Assembly (NCBI GenBank): GCA_002269645.1
Contig: NIVC01000732.1
Span: 394,214-458,213 of the forward strand
Direction: 5' to 3'
DNA length: 64,000 nucleotides
Origin: Macrostomum lignano
Taxonomy: Eukaryota
Positions 10,601 through 21,109 of this stretch are shown here, piece by piece; position 1 is the first letter of the stretch, and every line of letters starts with the position of its first letter. A program made the translations under genes and the position numbers. The notes beneath the pieces are model-generated. The model worked only from the letters and a program-made list of their open reading frames with translations. It ran no database searches and had not been told where the DNA came from.

Positions 10601-11781
10601 GTCCTGATGCTCCCGATGATCCGGTGTCTCTGCTCTTTCTTGGTGATGAAGCCGTCAATCTCGTACCATTGGTGTGACCTCGGGTTCCGCCAGGTGCCTT
10701 GCTTCTTCTGCCTGTAGAAGGTGCTCGCCCATGCCAGGCCTAGGCTTTCTAGCCAAAGAAGTAGGTCTTCACCCTGTTGGTTCGTTGGTCCGATTCCATA
10801 ACGGCCTGTGCTCGAGAGACGGTGCACTCCGCTCCCAACGCTGGCGTTGAAATCTCCACCGATGATTAGTACAGCCTTCTTTGCAAAGGTGTTCAGCATC
10901 CTTTCGATTTCTTCTCGGATCTCATCCACTTCTTCCTCGTACTCTTTACCCTTCTTGACCGGTTGGTATACGGCTATCAGGATCACTCCGCCTATTTCCA
11001 GCGCAAGTGTTCGTTTCATCGGGTGCATCTTCCTCCCAGTTTCGTTCCACATTGTCCAGGCTGTTTCTCCCAGAAGCATTCCCACCTTCTGGGAGTGGAC
11101 TAGGTGCATCTCTGCTTCTCTGTGATGGTAGCTTCTGATGCCAACGCCAGGTGTGTCAAGTTCGGATAGGAGGGTGACGTCCCATCCCTTTCCTATCGCG
11201 TACTTAACGACCTCGCCGAACCTTCCGCTTCCTACGTTCGCTCTGCGCATATTCCACGTCGCTAGCTTTATGTCGTTATTGTGCCACCTCTCATTTGCCC
11301 TCCTGGCCTTCTCTCTCGCTTTCCTATCTCGTACCTTTTTTCGTCGTGTGGTTCGTCTGAGCTTCCGTGCCGTCTTTTGTGCTGGACGCCTCGGTCCTGG
11401 GTTCTTTTCGATGGTCTCGAGCGCTCTGCTGATTTCAGCCCTTCGCCTTTCCTTGCTTTCTGGGTACGTGCAATTACTCTCTTCCTTGTTCGCTTCATGC
11501 TCCTTCTTTTTTTTGTTTTTTTTGATATTTTCCGCAGCAGTTCCTCACTCTCTCTCTCACTTTCGGCAAAGCTTTCAACCTTACTGTTGTTTCGAGAGGT
11601 GCCTGGGTCGGTTAGGTCCAAGCCACTCTGTTGCGAGGAGGTTTGCCCATAGACCGCGGCTGTTACGCCGAGGCTACGGGCCTCTCTCCCCCCCCCGATT
11701 CTGCTTTGCCAACCGGGTTGCTCCGGTTGCCCGCTTGGCACCGCGTGTTGACGGCACGCTTCGTGGAGGTGCAGAATCTTG
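7609..11781 (-). mobile_element. Apparently full-length RTE-clade non-LTR retrotransposon (~4173 bp) inserted in a coding exon
   Basis: 13-bp TSD cctcgtctagttc at 7596-7608 and 11782-11794. (GAA)5-6 tail at 7606-7623. Very short 3'UTR (~57 nt). One long APE-RT ORF. Confidence 0.95.
7666..11250 (-). CDS. RTE retrotransposon protein: AP endonuclease + reverse transcriptase + C-terminal C2H2/C2HC zinc fingers
   Basis: APE motifs IKLATWNMR (extends upstream of the ATG), GGDFNA, TWRNPRSHQWYEIDGF and RSDH. RT motifs QFGFRSGRST, LDLKKAY, GLREGCATSPILFN and LFADD. Four Cx2-4C...Hx3-4(H/C) motifs. The frame stays open upstream to 11544. Confidence 0.95.
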   Translation of the reverse strand: MRRANVGSGRFGEVVKYAIGKGWDVTLLSELDTPGVGIRSYHHREAEMHLVHSQKVGMLLGETAWTMWNETGRKMHPMKRTLALEIGGVILIAVYQPVKKGKEYEEEVDEIREEIERMLNTFAKKAVLIIGGDFNASVGSGVHRLSSTGRYGIGPTNQQGEDLLLWLESLGLAWASTFYRQKKQGTWRNPRSHQWYEIDGFITKKEQRHRIIGSIRTDHDPNHHTRSDHLPKVITMKRRFAERCAEPTRKYPKNQKNEIAWDRLRDVGVRELYRNKTEEVLAGKGETDWETTKQTMLEAAREICGPKTRQTNPWMVGHEEELAELNKEVEHALSARNRVKKSPEGTLTVEERTVALTRATQGLKEKRGKQKKKLQEWMEQWWMEIAEECKRNCDTGNVAGMYDCLRKMGRNTKQNENNSRTVPLFTAEDFKEHLSKIQEQRFENDQEEMLNLIRSAPKPSVDKATIEEANDRLSRPLTNKEIDDEIKKIKDGAPGLDGIRMRYITSACAMAQAEVRKVVHYIWNNPADTWEEDQKVGVIMPLHKKGDRTNLNNFRGICLLPVASRILARILATRLSSWTENMGLLDDNQFGFRSGRSTMDATQIILRLNEDAEKIRESPEWAESMDTSLVLLDLKKAYPRVNKPALWELLKHQHMPERTIKKLADLHEYTAYTVRCGAETSSEFYPQRGLREGCATSPILFNIYHQTAIRIAKERRMEKAKNTGAECGIKWVCRPGKCLPPKKMGGYNEEAAEITITEVLFADDTTIVGGSEEIEQGTRTVIETIGILEERTNDEKEERAKLGTPESQNIRILGTWIGRKQDTAQRLQRAAKAWAGVKCMLRKTRLSKRTQARIIETCVESTMLFNAGARPFHKSEIKRMQQAMDRRYRYVWSSKTEPPLKEMERKKVNMWDVRNELRVRSIGAKVESAHWRRLGHVLRLPDTSTVKRCVLGWSKKLTTIKKARKRRQTIISVWRKLLRTAEIDELEVERLVTDREAWRKKLRIRERALEESERKKGKKAETTEEETAQEREAGEVESELTGYRCNYENCGKVCASRAGLAVHQRRIHHQFTKTPLPCLKCNATFFTEATRKNHQKRCGGEERSAKEVHCGECNKWISKSNHARHRKRCKENGRKPEAGATPDERAEEAAVPTGRGQQTTGITARIYKSARAPCPDCGRMLARTNMARHRKTCQ

Positions 11782-14700
11782 CCTCGTCTAGTTCGTCGTC
11801 ATCTAGATCCTCTTCGTCTTCGTCGTCTTCTTCCTCCTCGTCGTCGTCGTCTTCATCATCATCGTCGTCCAAATCGTCGTCTTCGTCGCTGTCCTCTTCC
11901 AGCTTGCGCTTGGCCTGCAAGCGAGAAAAAATATTAGCACTTTTTTTAAAAATGGGATGAAAACAACCAGAAATGCATCGAAAAATTGTAAGAGCGGAAC
12001 TCACCGGCAGTTTGACAAGCTGTCCAGCAGGTGATTTATTACTGCCAGCTGTTCCTGCGGCTGCAGCGGTGGCGGGCGACTTAGCAGCGGTAGCAACGGC
12101 GGTAGCTGGCGACTTAGCTGAAGCGGCAATAGCCGGTTTCTTTGAAGGCGGCGGAGCTTCTTCGTCATCGTCATCGTCGTCTTCTTCATCATCCTCATCG
12201 TCTTCGTCGGAGCCGGCAGCGGCTAGCATCTTCTCGATCTTGTCCATGTCCATCTCCTCTTCATCGTCATCATCGTCGTCTTCCTCTTCGTCCTCATCCA
12301 AATCTTCGTCGTCATCATCATCGTCTTCCTGTTCGACCTTCTTCGCAGCCGGTTTCGCCGCGGCGGCTGGCTGGAATAAAATAGGGATTAAACTACTGAG
12401 ATTGTGAGATGGGGAATAAGCTACTGACATTGTGAGATGGGGAATAAGCTATTGACACTGTGAGATGGGGAATAAGCTACTGACATTGTGAGATGGGGAA
12501 TAAGCTTCTGACACTGTGAGATGGGGAATAAGCTACTGACACTGTGAGATGGTGATTAAGCTACTGACACTGTGAGATGGGGAATAAGCTACTGACACTG
12601 TGAGATGGGGAATAAGCTACTGACACTGTGAGATGGGGAATAAGCTACTGACATTGTGAGATGGGGAATAAGCTACTGACACTGTGAGATGGGGAATAAG
12701 CTACTGACATTGTGAGATGGGGAATAAGCTATTGACACTGTGAGATGGGGAATAAGCTACTGACATTGTGAGATGGGGATTAAGCTACTGACACTGTGAG
12801 ATGGGGAATAAGCTACTGACATTGTGAGATGGGGAATAAGCTACTGACATTGTGAGATGGTGATTAAGCTACTGACACTGTGAGATGGGGAATAAGCTAC
12901 TGACACTGTGAGATGGGGAATAAGCTACTGACACTGTGAGATGGGGAATAAGCTACTGACACTGTGAGATGGGGAATAAGCTACTGACATTGTGAGATGG
13001 GGATTAAGCTACTGACACTGTGAGATGGGGAATAAGCTATTGACACTGTGAGATGGGGAATAAGCTACTGACATTGTGAGATGGGGATTAAGCTACTGAC
13101 ACTGTGAGATGGGGAATAAGCTACTGACATTGTGAGATGGGGAATAAGCTACTGACACTGTGAGATGGGGAATAAGCTACTGACACTGTGAGATGGGGAA
13201 TAAGCTACTGACACTGTGAGATGGGGAATAAGCTACTGACATTGTGAGATGAGGATTAAGCTACTGACACTGTGAGATGGGGAATAAGCTATTGACACTG
13301 TGAGATGGGGAATAAGCTACTGACATTGTGAGATGGGGATTAAGCTACTGACACTGTGAGATGGGGAATAAGCTACTGACATTGTGAGATGGGGAATAAG
13401 CTACTGACACTCATACATGCGCAACCTCCAAATTTCGGTCGGCCGTGCGACTTAGTTTTAACAAAAATGCGACGTAGTTTTTGGCCAAAAATGCGACTTA
13501 GATGTAAAAAAACCCAAAAGGAAAATTAACGCAACTTTGGGTAAACGGCAGGAGTAACTATGACTGTCTTATAAAGCCAAAATGCCTCGTCAGCTACTTA
13601 GTACTACTACTCGGTGTTTTTCGGGTCAGCATTTTTGCGACTTCCTTGGTTGGCCGCCAAATCGGTCGGCCGAATCGGCCGACTCGGCCGACTGTTGCGC
13701 ATGTATGCTGACACTGTGAGATGGGGAATAAGCTACTGACACTGTGAGATGGGGAATAAGCTACTGACACTGTGAGATGGGGAATAAGCTACTGACATTG
13801 TGAGATGGGGATTAAGCTACTGACACTGTGAGATGGGGAATAAGCTATTGACACTGTGAGATGGGGAATAAGCTACTGACATTGTGAGATGGGGATTAAG
13901 CTACTGACACTGTGAGATGGGGAATAAGCTACTGACATTGTGAGATGGGGAATAAGCTACTGACATTGTGAGATGGTGATTAAGCTACTGACACTGTGAG
14001 ATGGGGAATAAGCTACTGACACTGTGAGATGGGGAATAAGCTACTGACACTGTGAGATGGGGAATAAGCTACTGACATTGTGAGATGGGGATTAAGCTAC
14101 TGACACTGTGAGATGGGGAATAAGCTATTGACACTGTGAGATGGGGAATAAGCTACTGACATTGTGAGATGGGGAATAAGCTACTGACACTGTGAGATGG
14201 GGAATAAGCTACTGACATTGTGAGATGGGGAATAAGCTACTGACACTGTGAGATGGGGAATAAGCTTCTGACACTGAGATGGGAAATAAGCTACTGACAT
14301 TGTGAGATGGGGAATAAGCTACTGACACTGTGAGATGGGGAATAAGCTACTGACATTGTGAGATAGGGAATAAGCTTCTGACACTGAGATGGGAAATAAG
14401 CTACTGACATTGTGAGATGGGGAATAAGCTACTGACACTGTGAGATGGGGAATAAGCTACAGACACTGTGAGATGGGGAATAAGCTACTGACACTGTGAG
14501 ATGGGGAATAAGCTACTGACATTGTGAGATGGGGAATAAGCTTCTGACACTGTGAGATGGGGAATAAGCTACTGACATTGTGAGATGGGGAATAAGCTAC
14601 TGACAAAGACTAGATGACGTGGACAAAACCTTAAATACTGCCAATGTACGCAAATGTCGAGTCAACGAGACAAAATCTACTAAGCGCTAAAAGAAAGGCA

Positions 14701-17696
14701 AAGTTGAAACTCTCGTTCTAGTTTAAAGACACGACGAACTGCGTTGATAGACGATACTTTGCGCCGCTACGAAAACCGACGCGTTAACTGATTTTTTAAC
14801 TGAACGGACGGTGAGCAATGAGCGGCATTTGGTTTAGTTTCTTTTAACAGACTCAATAGGATTCTTAGGGGCTGTAGCCACGTGTTCTAGCGCGGCGCTC
14901 TGATGTGCAAGAGGCCCAGGCTTGATTCCAAGCGCAGTCACATTAATTTGGGGCTAAATTAGATTATCGTAAGGCACAGTGGTGTACATGCCGAACAATA
15001 AATAAAGTTAGGGGAGTTGTGTACACTCCTGTGTGAGTGTGTGCCTGTGCATTTGACTGTGTTCGTATTCGCGCGCTTATGCGCCTACTCAGGGGAGTCG
15101 GCGAAATGGGCAGTAGTGCCTCTCGCCGGTTGTATGACAATGTCGCTTAAAGTGCACACAGCCCCCTGCCTCTAATAATAAAAACGGGCTCGTAAAACTA
15201 CTTTTAGTAATCTATTATACTAAAAATGAAAATCTTATTCACTAAAAATAAAGTAGGACGAGATGCAAAATGAAAAACTGAATTAAAAAGACCCAGATTG
15301 AACTACTTACTAAGTAACAAGCAGAGCTGATATTAGACAATGAACTAAAACACTTACAGATTTTCCTGCCGGAGATTTGGCAGCCGAAGCAGGAGCAGTC
15401 TGCTTCTGCTGTTTCTGCAGCTGCTTGAGCTTGCCCATCAGTTCCGGACTCAAATCGTCATCATCCTCGTCTTCGTCATCGTCATCTTCGTCTCCGCCTT
15501 CTTCATCGTCGCCGCTGCTGAACTCCAATTCGCTGTCGTCTTCTCCTTCCATGCCTTCTTCGTCCTCGTCCTCGTCTTCCTCGTCATCATCGTCATCGCC
15601 ACCAGACGATGGCTTTTTCTGTTGCGGCCTGTTGCCACCCTGTTAGGTGATTAAATAAAGCAGGTGATATTTGAACATTTTCTGTCGTGTAGAAACAGCA
15701 GACATTGCAGATTCGAAATCTATCTACGACAGGGGTTGGCAAACTCAGGCCCGCTGGCTACTCCCTCTGGCCCCTCTGGCCATTCAGAGTTGTGAATGGT
15801 CCCTCTGGCCATTCAGAGTTGTGAATGGTCCCTCTGGCCATTTACAGTTGTGAATGGTCCCTCTGGCCATTTAGTTGTGAATGGCCCCTCTGGCCATTCA
15901 GAGTTGTGAATGGTCCCTCTGGCCATTCAGAGTTGTGAATGGTCCCTCTGGCCATTTACAGTTGTGAATGGTCCCTCTGGCCATTTAGTTGTGAATGGTC
16001 CCTCTGGCCATTCAGAGTTGTGAATGGTCCCTCTGGCCATTCAGAGTTGTGAATGGTCCCTCTGGCCATTCAGAGTTGTGAATGGTCCCTCTGGCCATTT
16101 ACAGTTGTGAATGGTCCCTCTGGCCATTTAGTTGTGAATGGTCCCTCTGGCCATTCAGAGTTGTGAATGGTCCCTCTGGCCATTCAGAGTTGTGAATGGT
16201 CCCTCTGGCCATTCAAGAGTTGTGAATGGTCCTTCTGGCCATTCAGAGTTGTGAATTGTTCCTCTGGCCATTCAGAGTTGTGAATTGTTCCTCTGGCCAT
16301 TCAGAGTTGTGAATGGTCCCTCTGGCCATTTAGTTGTGAATGGTCCCTCTGGCCATCTGGCCATTCAGAGTTGTGAATGGTCCCTCTGGCCATTTAGTTG
16401 TGAATGGTCCCTCTGGCCATTCAGAGTTGTGAATGGTCCCTCTGGCCATTCAGAGTTGTGAATGGTCCCTCTGGCCATTTAGAGTTGTGAATGGTCCCTC
16501 TGGCCATTTAGTTGTGAATGGTCCCTCTGGCCATTCAGAGTTGTGAATGGTCCCTCTGGCCATTCAGAGTTGTGAATGGTCCCTCTGGCCATTTAGAGTT
16601 GTGAATGGTCCCTCTGGCCATTCAGAGTTGTGAATGGTCCCTCTGGCCATCCCTATCTCTACTGCCCGCAGTCATGCACTAGATTCTCTATCTAATTGAG
16701 GTAAAAAAAAATTGCCAACCCCTGATCCAAGAGAACATAAGGGAAGATCTTGACATTTATTGAAAAAAACGGACAGAGTTAAGATTTAACGTCTAGTGAA
16801 CCTAGACTAAGAATGATCCTATATTCACTTGCGTCGCCCTAAAATTGCTGCCTGTAACACAGGGAAAAATAGGAGAGAAGTGACTCTAAACCGACTTTAA
16901 ACAGACGAGATATCACGATAAAAGTCGCCTAAAACTCAATTTGAGGCACTTTATTGTCTGCGACTCTGTGGCCGTATAGTCGGTCTCTGGGGCGTGCTGG
17001 AGTTGCTGTAAAGTTACTCAGCCCACCTGCGTCATCTTGTAGAACTTAGAATCGCATTTAGCATTTATAAAAACTATAATAAGTTAGTAGACAGTTAAGC
17101 ACCAACACAACGACTCTTGGATGACTCTTCTACGATTCTATAACTCACGTGATTACGTGAAAGTCACAAGAGTCGCTATAGTCACTAATTGGTTGTTTGC
17201 AATAATTCTTTTACCGATTCAAAATTGATCCAACAATAATATCTTATTTGTAGTTGTAGAACATTATTAATTGTTCATATAATTATCTGCGCACCTGAAA
17301 TCCACCACCGCGCTTAAAAGCACTGGCGCTGCCACGATTGCCGTTGAAGCCGCCGCCTCTTCTAGCAACCTGCTGCTTGCCGTCGCCAGCTTTAACGCCT
17401 TTGAACGGCTGAATCTGGGCGAATGGCTTTTTGTCGCCGGGCGTGGCCGGACTGCGGGATTGATCCTTTTGAAAGTAGCGACCGCCGCCACCGCCGCCGC
17501 CGCGGTTGCCGGGGCTGCCTCGACCGCCGCGGTTGCCGGGGCTGCCACGACCGCCGCGATTGCCAGGGCTGCCACGACCGCCGCGGTGTCCCGGGCTGGA
17601 ACTGAATCGGCCGCCGCCGCCGCCGCCACCTCGGTTTCCGCCCCTGCCACCGCCCCCTCTGTTTCCGCCTCTGCCTCTATTGAAATTGCCTCGCAT
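11782..17696 (-). CDS. NCL: Nucleolin-like protein, 5' exons: 17696-17295, 15639-15358, 12370-12005, 11914-11782 (continues at 7595-6391 after the insertion)
   Basis: All junctions are phase-0 GT-AG: CAG|GTGCGC, taacag|GGT, TCT|GTAAGT, ttccag|CCA, CCG|GTGAGT, ttgcag|GCC. Exon 1 is RGG-rich (RGGRGSPGN x3). The following exons are D/E tracts alternating with KSPA-type basic spacers. Joined ORF without the insertion is 2388 nt (795 aa). Confidence 0.8.
12384..14604. repeat. 28-bp minisatellite (tgtgagatggggaataagctactgacac) in a nucleolin intron
   Basis: Clear 28-nt period, about 65-70 units, interrupted at 13412-13707. Confidence 0.97.
13412..13707. mobile_element. hAT-type MITE (296 bp) inserted into the 28-bp array
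   Basis: Perfect 14-bp TIRs CATACATGCGCAAC (13412-13425) and GTTGCGCATGTATG (13694-13707). Perfect 8-bp TSD ctgacact (13404-13411, 13708-13715). Confidence 0.9.
14868..15184 (+). mobile_element. tRNA-derived SINE, copy A
   Basis: Head ggggctgtagccacgtgttctag (A-box-like) and ggcttgattcc (B-box-like, 14919-14929). Body is shared with the inverted copy at 27835-28191. Tail taataataaaaa. Confidence 0.7.
15730..16724. mobile_element. hAT (Charlie-like) non-autonomous element whose interior is a 29-bp tandem array
   Basis: TIRs CAGGGGTTGGCAA (15730) and TTGCCAACCCCTG (16712-16724). 8-bp flanks atctacga / atccaaga match at 6/8. Confidence 0.8.
15770..16652. repeat. 29-bp minisatellite (cattcagagttgtgaatggtccctctggc) with an internal hairpin
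   Basis: About 30 units. ccattca and tgaatgg are complementary within each unit. Confidence 0.95.
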
Positions 17697-18418
17697 CTGG
17701 AAATGTTGAAGGCTTTGAAAATTAATAGAAGTACAAATGCAGTTTCTAAGTGATATGCTCTAGTTCTGATGCAATATTGCAAGCAAGGCACCATCAATTT
17801 TAGTTTCTGGCACTCTAGTGATTTTTAAGCTTGAGAATCTTTTAAGCAAAAAACTACAAAAGGGCAACCAATTTCTTATCTCTCCTGTGGGTCATGATCC
17901 TAATTTTAGTGTGGGGAGAAGGGGGCAGCCCATCTCTTGATCAATGGATCTGCTAGTGTATGCATTAAGTTTTTTTGTTTTTTTGTTAATTTTTGGTAGT
18001 CTATTCTTTTGATCAAAATTTAGCTATTACAGTTTTGCAGATGGAACCAATGCCAAATTTAGACTGTTGTCAGTTTGTTTACCTACGGTCAGTGCTAGGG
18101 TAAACAGTTTGTCTATTATTGTATCTAATGAAAGCAATATCTAGCAAACGTGGTTAAAACATAAATTAGTGCAAAGAGCAATATTTGCTGCAAATAAAGC
18201 ACTTTTATTTTTTATCATATAGTGCTACTTTCATCAAGATAAATGTGGATTCATCTTAAATAAGTTTTAAATCTTGGTAAAAATTTTGCATGAAGTTTGC
18301 AAAATTTTTCATAAAGTTAATGTATTTTCCTTAGGCATTTCTTAGAGCACTACACAATGCAATGAATTGAAATGCATAGCATTGCTAAAGGTTATGTTGT
18401 AGTGTTCTGCTGTAAGGG

Positions 18419-19461
18419 CAGTGTTCCCACTCAGCAACCTTCATTTTTTGCGCCAAGCCATTCATTTTCGCGCCATGGATATTTTTTGCACCATTATCAC
18501 TCTTTACCTTTAAGGCTCTAATGCAGTGTGGTGCCCATTGAGATATTTAAAAAAAACTAACACCCAACATCCAAAATCATCCAATTTTGGACAAGATAAA
18601 ACACTACAACTTAGCAAAAATGGGTTGAAAAATGGCAACGACAGCATGGGCATCAGACTATTAATTTCTTTAAATCAATACTGCAATTATAAAACATAAA
18701 GTTTCTATCTGACACCACCATGGTTGGCTTTGTTATTCTATTGGTACATAAAAAGTATGCTCATTAGTGTTCCTCACACTAGCAAAAAGGAGGTAATGTC
18801 ACAATATAATTATATTATGCTCCTGGCCTTATAAATATCTAATAATTATTACTACATGCTGATAGGCAATTTATGATTGAGGATATGAAAGTTTACTTTA
18901 CTATAAACTGGAAAATGACAAAAATAAAACAAATGGATCTCATATCGCTGTCTTTACTTCAGACAAAACTTCTTGCTCTGCACACTTTCAGGCAACATCT
19001 TGCCTGTTGAGGAAGACAATAGAATGTCACTGGCAGCACACTTAAGTACAGACTCTGTCACATAAAGAATTTCTTCTTCTTTAGAAGCTTTGCATGCTTG
19101 CAGTATAGATGCCTTGCATCCTTGTCCATTGACTGCATAATTTTCTGCGCTTCCTCTTGCATGCAACCTTTGGCTTTTCTCCCTTTTGGCAATCTTGTGC
19201 TCAATTTCACTAGCCCTTGCCTGTAGTGCCTCTTCAGCATTGCAAAATGTCTTGCTAGCCCTCTTTTTTGGTCTGTTTTATTACAAACAATGCCAAACAT
19301 GAAAAGCATACAAAAAAGCATCCAAAAATGTGGAAAAGGTTAAAAAGTAGGTGCAAACTTTCCACATTTTCAGATTTGCATCAAACCTTACTAACCATGC
19401 ATTAGTGCAATATTGCCTCATTTTTAGCATGGCATGAATTTGCGCCAGAGTGGGAACACTA
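18419..19461. mobile_element. Decayed hAT-type element (~1.04 kb)
   Basis: TIRs CAGTGTTCCCACTC and GAGTGGGAACACTA. 8-bp flanks tgtaaggg / cataaggg match at 6/8. Short internal ORF remnants (19058-19321) that I cannot assign. Confidence 0.7.
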
Positions 19462-20402
19462 CATAAGGGGATCCATGTGCTATAGCTATAAACAAAACTA
19501 TGGCTTTTCCAATTTTCTATATTTTGTAATCATAACCCGCATTATATTCCCATAGTTTTTATAGCTATATTTCTAACAAAAAGTTTAAGAAATAAAGTTT
19601 GAATCAGGCAAGATAACTTAATATTTAAAAAATCACAAATAAAGGCAGAAACTCAAGCTAACACTTGAATGTCTTTTGTAATATTACATTTCAATCATCT
19701 ACTACTAAAAGAACCACTACTAAACTTTACTTTAGTACTTTACTTTAGTACTTTAGTACTATTTTGGGTATAATTTTCAAGTTTTTGAATCTATAATGCA
19801 GTTTATACTAAGTATCTTTGTTTTACTTTACCTCTAATATTTATTATGGGAATCTATGGAATGTGAATGCAATTGTTATATTTTTGTAGTCTTAGCCATA
19901 AGAACAGCTATATACAATAGGCATATCTATAGCTATCATGAATTATGACAGCTATTTTACACCATATTTGTCATAGTATCCTATAGCCATAGCCGCAGCT
20001 ATGGTGGAACACTATTGTATTGTCAATTATATTACAAAAGGTTATATTTCAAAATTAAATAAATGCAAGCTAAAATGAAATAAGAGTTAAAAATTATGAA
20101 AGCTAAATATATACCATCTTTTTAAGTCATACCATGCAGCCAATGATATATAGGCCTAAACAAACTATAAATGTATATAACAAATTATTTCCCTTTGTTT
20201 TGAATATTGGCAGCTAAAATAGACAAATTAATTAACTAATCATGTAATTATAGTATATTACTAGCAATCTTCGCCCCCCGATAGGGGACATCTGGATAGA
20301 ATCTCTGTTCTCTACAAGTAACAAAAAGACAGCCAGAAAATCCTTCACAAAGACAACAGACAAACTGCTCAAATGAAGTGAATTGCAATAAGAAATCTTC
20401 CC

Positions 20403-21020
20403 AAGACCACAAGCATCCCCCAGATAGCAAGCATTCCCCAGATAGCAAGCATCCCTCAAATAGCAAGCATCCCCCAGATAGCAAGCATCCCCCAGATAGC
20501 AAGCATCCCCCAGATAGCAAACATCCCCCAGATAGCAAGCATCCCCCAGATAGCAAGCATTCCCCAGATAGCAAACATTCCCCAGATAGCAAGCATTCCC
20601 CAGATAGCAAGCATCCCTCAGATAGCAAGCATACCCCAAATAGCAAGCATCCCTCAGATAGCAAGCATCCCTCAGATAGCAAGCATCCCCCAGATAGCAA
20701 GCATCACTCAGATAGCAAGCATCCCTCAGATAGCAAGCATCCACCAGATAGCAAGCATCCCTCAGATAGCAAGCATCCCCCAAATTGCAAGCATCGCCCA
20801 GATAGCAAGCATCCCCCAGAAAGCAAGCATCCTCCAAATAGCAAGCATCCCCCAGATAGCAAGCATCACTCAGATAGCAAGCATCCCTCAGATAGCAAGC
20901 ATCCACCAGATAGCAAGCATCCCTCAGATAGCAAGTATCCCCCAAATTGCAAGCATCGCCCAGATAGCAAGCATCCCCCAGAAAGCAAGCATCCCCCAAA
21001 TAGCAACCATCCACCAGACA
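20403..21020. repeat. 18-bp minisatellite (ccagatagcaagcatccc)
   Basis: 18-nt period produces repetitive ORFs on both strands (DSKHPP / LGDACY). Confidence 0.95.
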
Positions 21021-21109
21021 AAAAGTAGCTAGAGCGACAATTTCCTTAGCTTTATAGTGGCTCCTTTAAATTGGCATGGCGCTTTATACCTTTACATTTG
21101 AAATTGTAT

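Noticed and set aside
8114-11791. Plus-strand ORFs opposite the retrotransposon (e.g. 9755-10585, 11138-11791)
   Set aside because: Antisense shadows of a long GC-rich ORF; no recognisable motifs.
15770-16652. Palindromic 29-bp repeats resembling CRISPR direct repeats
   Set aside because: Head-to-tail with no unique spacers, no cas genes, eukaryotic intron inside a hAT element. The same applies to the 28-bp array.
20232-21028. DSKHPP, LGDACY and GGCLLS repeat ORFs
   Set aside because: An 18-bp array open in several frames on both strands; no splice or domain support.
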